Shown: positions 58,702 through 64,000 of the stretch, in pieces
Layout of the letters: each line of letters opens with the position of its first letter
Numbering within the stretch: position 1 is the first letter of the stretch
Program-made: the position numbers and the translations under genes
NCBI GenBank assembly: GCA_963718995.1
Contig: CAVRAP010000017.1
Coordinates: 22,637-86,636, forward strand
Direction: 5' to 3'
Length of the DNA stretch: 64,000 nucleotides
Origin: an uncultured Actinomycetota bacterium
GTDB lineage: Bacteria; Actinomycetota; Acidimicrobiia; Spongiisociales; UBA4744
The notes under the pieces: generated by a model
What the model was told of the DNA's origin: nothing
What the model saw: only the letters and a program-made list of their open reading frames with translations
The model's database searches: none

Positions 58702-59970
58702 ATGTTGAAGGCCATTCGAACTTCGCATCGTCGCGAGATTTCCGTGGCCGTGCTCGGGTTCCTCGTCGGAGTTGCGATATTCGCGTCCGTGTTGTCATCG
58801 GTCGAGTGGGACGCCTCGGCGCTCCTCCGGGTTGGAGAGGACAACGATCAAATCATTTCGTTTGTCGAGGAGCAGTTGGATCACGTCCGAGTTGTTGCCA
58901 ACCTGGGACATGACGGGAAGTACTACTTCGTTCATGCACATGACCCGTTCTTGCTGGATCCCGACATGTATGCAGGGATCATCGACCGACCCGTCTATCG
59001 GACGCAGCGGGTTCTCTACCCGCTCCTGGCTTCAGTGGGTGGGCTTCTCCAGGGCTGGGCAGTGGCCTGGGGACTGATCGTCGTAAATCTCCTGGCGATG
59101 GCGCTGGGAACCTGGGCCACGGCGAAACTGGCGGTGTCATTGGGCACAAGCGCATGGTGGGGTCTGGCGTTCGCGCTCAATCCTGGCGTGATCTTCGAGC
59201 TCATCATCGATGGAGCCGGGACGCTGGCCTGGGCTCTAGCGGTGCTTGGAGTGTGGCTCCTGGTCGAAGGCAAGTATCGGGGAGCAGTCGTCGCTGTAGT
59301 GGCCGCAGTACTGGCTCGGGAAGCGATGATCCTGGTTGCAGTCGGCCTTGCCATCGGTTTGTGGAGAGACGACCGAATCAAAGCGGTCGGTATGGCCCTG
59401 TGGCCCTCTTTGGGAGCTCTGTTGTGGGCGCTTTGGGTTCGCTGGCGTCTGGCCGTGCCGGTGCTCACCTCCGAATCCGAGGAGATCGGTGTCCCCTTTT
59501 CCGGTTTGATTGGCGCTGCCACCCGATGGCTTGAAGAGCCAGGCCGGAATCTCGTCTTGGGCTTTGTCGTGATCGCCCTGTTGCTGGTTGCAACGATGCA
59601 GGTGATCCGCCGCCCATCCCTGGTGGCCTATTCGACCATCGGTTTTGTGGCGTTGGCCCCTCTGTTGACTCGGCAGGTCTGGCTCAATTACTTCGACATC
59701 ACTCGGGCGGTTGCCCCCGTATTCACAACATTTGTGCTTGTGCTGTTTGCTCGAGACCCGAAGTGGTCGAGTTCGTCAGGACCCGACGATCCAATGAGCC
59801 TGCGGCTGATAATGGAAACCCACGAGGTTGGTCGAGCGACCCCGGAGGCTCTTGTCCTGGGCCTTCACAGTGTTCGAGCTCTGCCGCGCGCTCGCAAACA
59901 GGACTCGAAGGAGGTCTTAGCTTCGGTTTCTGAGACCCACCAGGTCCCATTTTGCGATCGGGAGCTTTGA
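58702..59970 (+). CDS. Polytopic membrane protein of unknown family; paralog of 55235..56257
   Basis: 422 aa. Loop HDGKYYFVHAHDPFLLDP..RPVYRTQRVLYPLL, then TM helices with ...ALNPGVIFELIIDGAGTLA.... The last ~70 residues are hydrophilic and of doubtful coding quality. Confidence 0.5.
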   Translation: MLKAIRTSHRREISVAVLGFLVGVAIFASVLSSVEWDASALLRVGEDNDQIISFVEEQLDHVRVVANLGHDGKYYFVHAHDPFLLDPDMYAGIIDRPVYRTQRVLYPLLASVGGLLQGWAVAWGLIVVNLLAMALGTWATAKLAVSLGTSAWWGLAFALNPGVIFELIIDGAGTLAWALAVLGVWLLVEGKYRGAVVAVVAAVLAREAMILVAVGLAIGLWRDDRIKAVGMALWPSLGALLWALWVRWRLAVPVLTSESEEIGVPFSGLIGAATRWLEEPGRNLVLGFVVIALLLVATMQVIRRPSLVAYSTIGFVALAPLLTRQVWLNYFDITRAVAPVFTTFVLVLFARDPKWSSSSGPDDPMSLRLIMETHEVGRATPEALVLGLHSVRALPRARKQDSKEVLASVSETHQVPFCDREL

Positions 59971-59972
59971 CT

Positions 59973-61983
59973 GTGTCCGCCGCGGCTACCAAACGCAACA
60001 TCCCGCTTTTTTCCGGCTTGTTGATCGTCTTGTCCGCTCTGTGGTTGATCGGCGGAGTCGTGTTTGCCGTCGGTCCCGAACCGCTTGTCTGGGTACAGCG
60101 TCGGGCCACAGTTGGGGCCGCGGACCGACCTAGCGACCGCCGCGGCCCTTTCTTGCACTGGCCGTTGCTCTAGGTTCGCACGTCTTCCCTCATGTTCTTC
60201 GCGGCATACCGGTCTACCTGCGCCTGTCGACCGCATTTCTCGCCGGGATGGCCGGTATTTCGGTCCTGGGCTTGTTCTGGGTCTAGCCGGAGCTTCCGCC
60301 CGAACGTCGGCGGTGGTGCTGTTGTTGGCCATGTCGGGCCTGGCGATGACGGCCGCTAAGGAGTTTGGTGACGTCATTGCCGACGTTCGCTCGGACCTTG
60401 TGGCTCGCCTATCGGCAGGCGGCGGGAAGTGGGTCTTTGGTATTCATGTCTCCTTCCTGTTGGCTCTTTTGGTCATTGCATCGGCTCCGGTGCTGGACTG
60501 GGATTCTCTTGCGTTCCACCTGTCGGTACCAGGCGAGGTGGTGGGGACCGGCGTACTTGGGGTGCCACCGGACAACCTGCACGTGTCGCTCATCGGGTCG
60601 GAGCACTTTCTCTATGTGCTGTTGTTCCAGGCTGGTGCGCTCTATGGGCCGATCTTCTTGAATGTGCTGGTTCTTGGTGCAGTGGCGATGCTGATCTGGG
60701 ACGTGGCGGAGATGCTCTTCGGCAGGGTTGCGGGAGCCCTGGCCTCCACCCTGTCATGGTCGATCACAGGCCTTCTCTTGACCGGAACCTCCGCCAGAGT
60801 TGAGCCGGTGATGGTTTTGGGTGTGGTGGTTGCGCACGGCCTTGTCCTCGGCAGTCGGCACTTCAATCGATCAGCGCTTCTCGTGGTTGCGGGTTTGACT
60901 GCTGGAATCGCGTCGAGTGTGAAACTCCAGGCGATTCCTTTCCTGCTCGGCGTTCTTGCAGTTGCTGCCTGGTATGCCTTGGCCTCTACCTCTCGGCGGG
61001 ATTGGGTTCGCTCGCTGTTTCTTGGTGTCGCCGCAGGCGTGGTTGTGTATGTGCCTTGGATTGTGAAGAATGGGGTCCTTCTGAAGGAGCCCTTCTATCC
61101 AGTACTGGGTCGACCGCGACCCGATCCCTGGATGGTTGAGAAGCTAGGCGCATCGTCGGATCGAATGAGCGTGTTTTCGGTGCTGTTGAATGCTCGACGT
61201 CCGTTTAACCTTTGGACCTGGGTGACCGCTCCCGGCGCATTGACGGTTGAGGCTTCGGGGCGCTATCAAGGTTTTGCTCCACCACTTGCCCTGACCTCAT
61301 TGCTGGGGATCTTCACCGGCAGTCGCCAGAGCATCGTTGCGTTGATCGGTCCTTCCGTGATGCACGTTGGGCTGGTCTATTTGGTAAGCCCATCTACGAA
61401 TCTGCGCTATCTGCTGCCTGCTTTTCCCGGTCTGATCATCGCAGCGGCGGTTGGCACCCTGTTCTTGGCCAGGAAGGTCGTCGTGGGACGCAAGATACTC
61501 GTCAGCTCTGTTGCGGCAGTCAGCCTCCTCATGTCGGCCTGGTGGATTGCCGACCAGCTGATACAAGGCGGCGACCTCCTCTTGCGCGTTGGAATCGAGT
61601 CGAGGGACGCTTGGCTCGACCGAACAGAGAACGTCGAACTCGCTCGCCTCACCGATGCCGCATCGTTCGTGGATTCGGAAGTGGGCAACGGTCGTACCCT
61701 CCTGCTATTTGAAGCTCGCGAGGCCGCCTTCCGGTCCGACGTGTACCAGGACGTGCGATCCAAAAATTGGCCAACGCTCGTCGACCTTCTTGGAGATTCA
61801 TGTTTAGCGACGTCGGTCGCAACTCATGTGCTCGTTCACGACGAAACATTGGACTACCTGGTTTCGAGGGGACTGGACGAAGCGATAGTCCGGTGGGATG
61901 AGTTCTCACTCTTCGCGGATCGATGCCTCGACGTAATTGGCGAACGCGCCGGATACACGTTATACCGAGTACTACCCGGTTGA
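59973..61983 (+). pseudogene. Large GT-C-like (PMT_2/ArnT-like) polytopic membrane protein; the N-terminal ~120 codons are spread over three reading frames
   Basis: The uninterrupted part (ATG 60331 to 61983) has many TM helices and VLDWDSLAFHL after the first helix. Upstream, a GTG at 59973 (GGGAG 8 nt upstream) opens a basic-then-TM N-terminus in frame 0. This continues plausibly in frame 2 (60134-60282) and then in frame 1. Confidence 0.5.
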
Positions 61984-62050
61984 TTGTCGCTCTCCTTAAC
62001 TCGTTGTCACACCCTCCAACTACACTCGGGCGTCCGAGGTCTGACCATTC

Positions 62051-64000
<1,950 letters not shown>

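Overview
GC-rich chromosomal segment with Actinomycetota-type gene order. A dedicated trpF and murB inside the dcw cluster suggest a deep-branching class, but that placement is a guess. All calls come from reading the ORF translations and DNA by eye; no database search was possible. Left to right: (1) the end of the dcw cell-division cluster (murG-murC-murB-ftsQ-ftsZ-pgeF-yggS-sepF-yggT-divIVA); (2) convergent ileS with a T-box leader, then DUF167, dksA/traR-like, lspA and rluD; (3) two tandem phosphofructokinase paralogs and dnaE; (4) a translationally coupled pair of ArsA/Get3-like ATPases, a long ThyX-like protein, transporters, xpt and nth; (5) ccdA followed by a tightly coupled trpE-ygfZ-trpC-trpF-trpB-trpA operon that ends in a GT87-like membrane protein; (6) tRNA-Leu(CAA), polA and rpsA; (7) an ~11 kb Flp/Tad pilus block (cpaB, tadZ, tadA, vWA-tadB, tadC, a polytopic membrane protein, two flp pilins, a NarL-type two-component system) sitting between rpsA and coaE; (8) coaE, uvrB and uvrA interleaved with more polytopic, GT-C-like membrane proteins. 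No rRNA, CRISPR array, transposase or integrase was recognised. Most notable observations: an apparent fusion of an extracellular vWA/MIDAS domain to the TadB platform protein; a canonical plus a divergent Flp pilin; six polytopic envelope proteins including two paralog pairs; and six single-base reading-frame disruptions in conserved genes (pgeF, tadZ, tadB, a GT-C-like gene twice, uvrA). The frame disruptions may well be assembly indel errors and need read-level checking before any biological interpretation.
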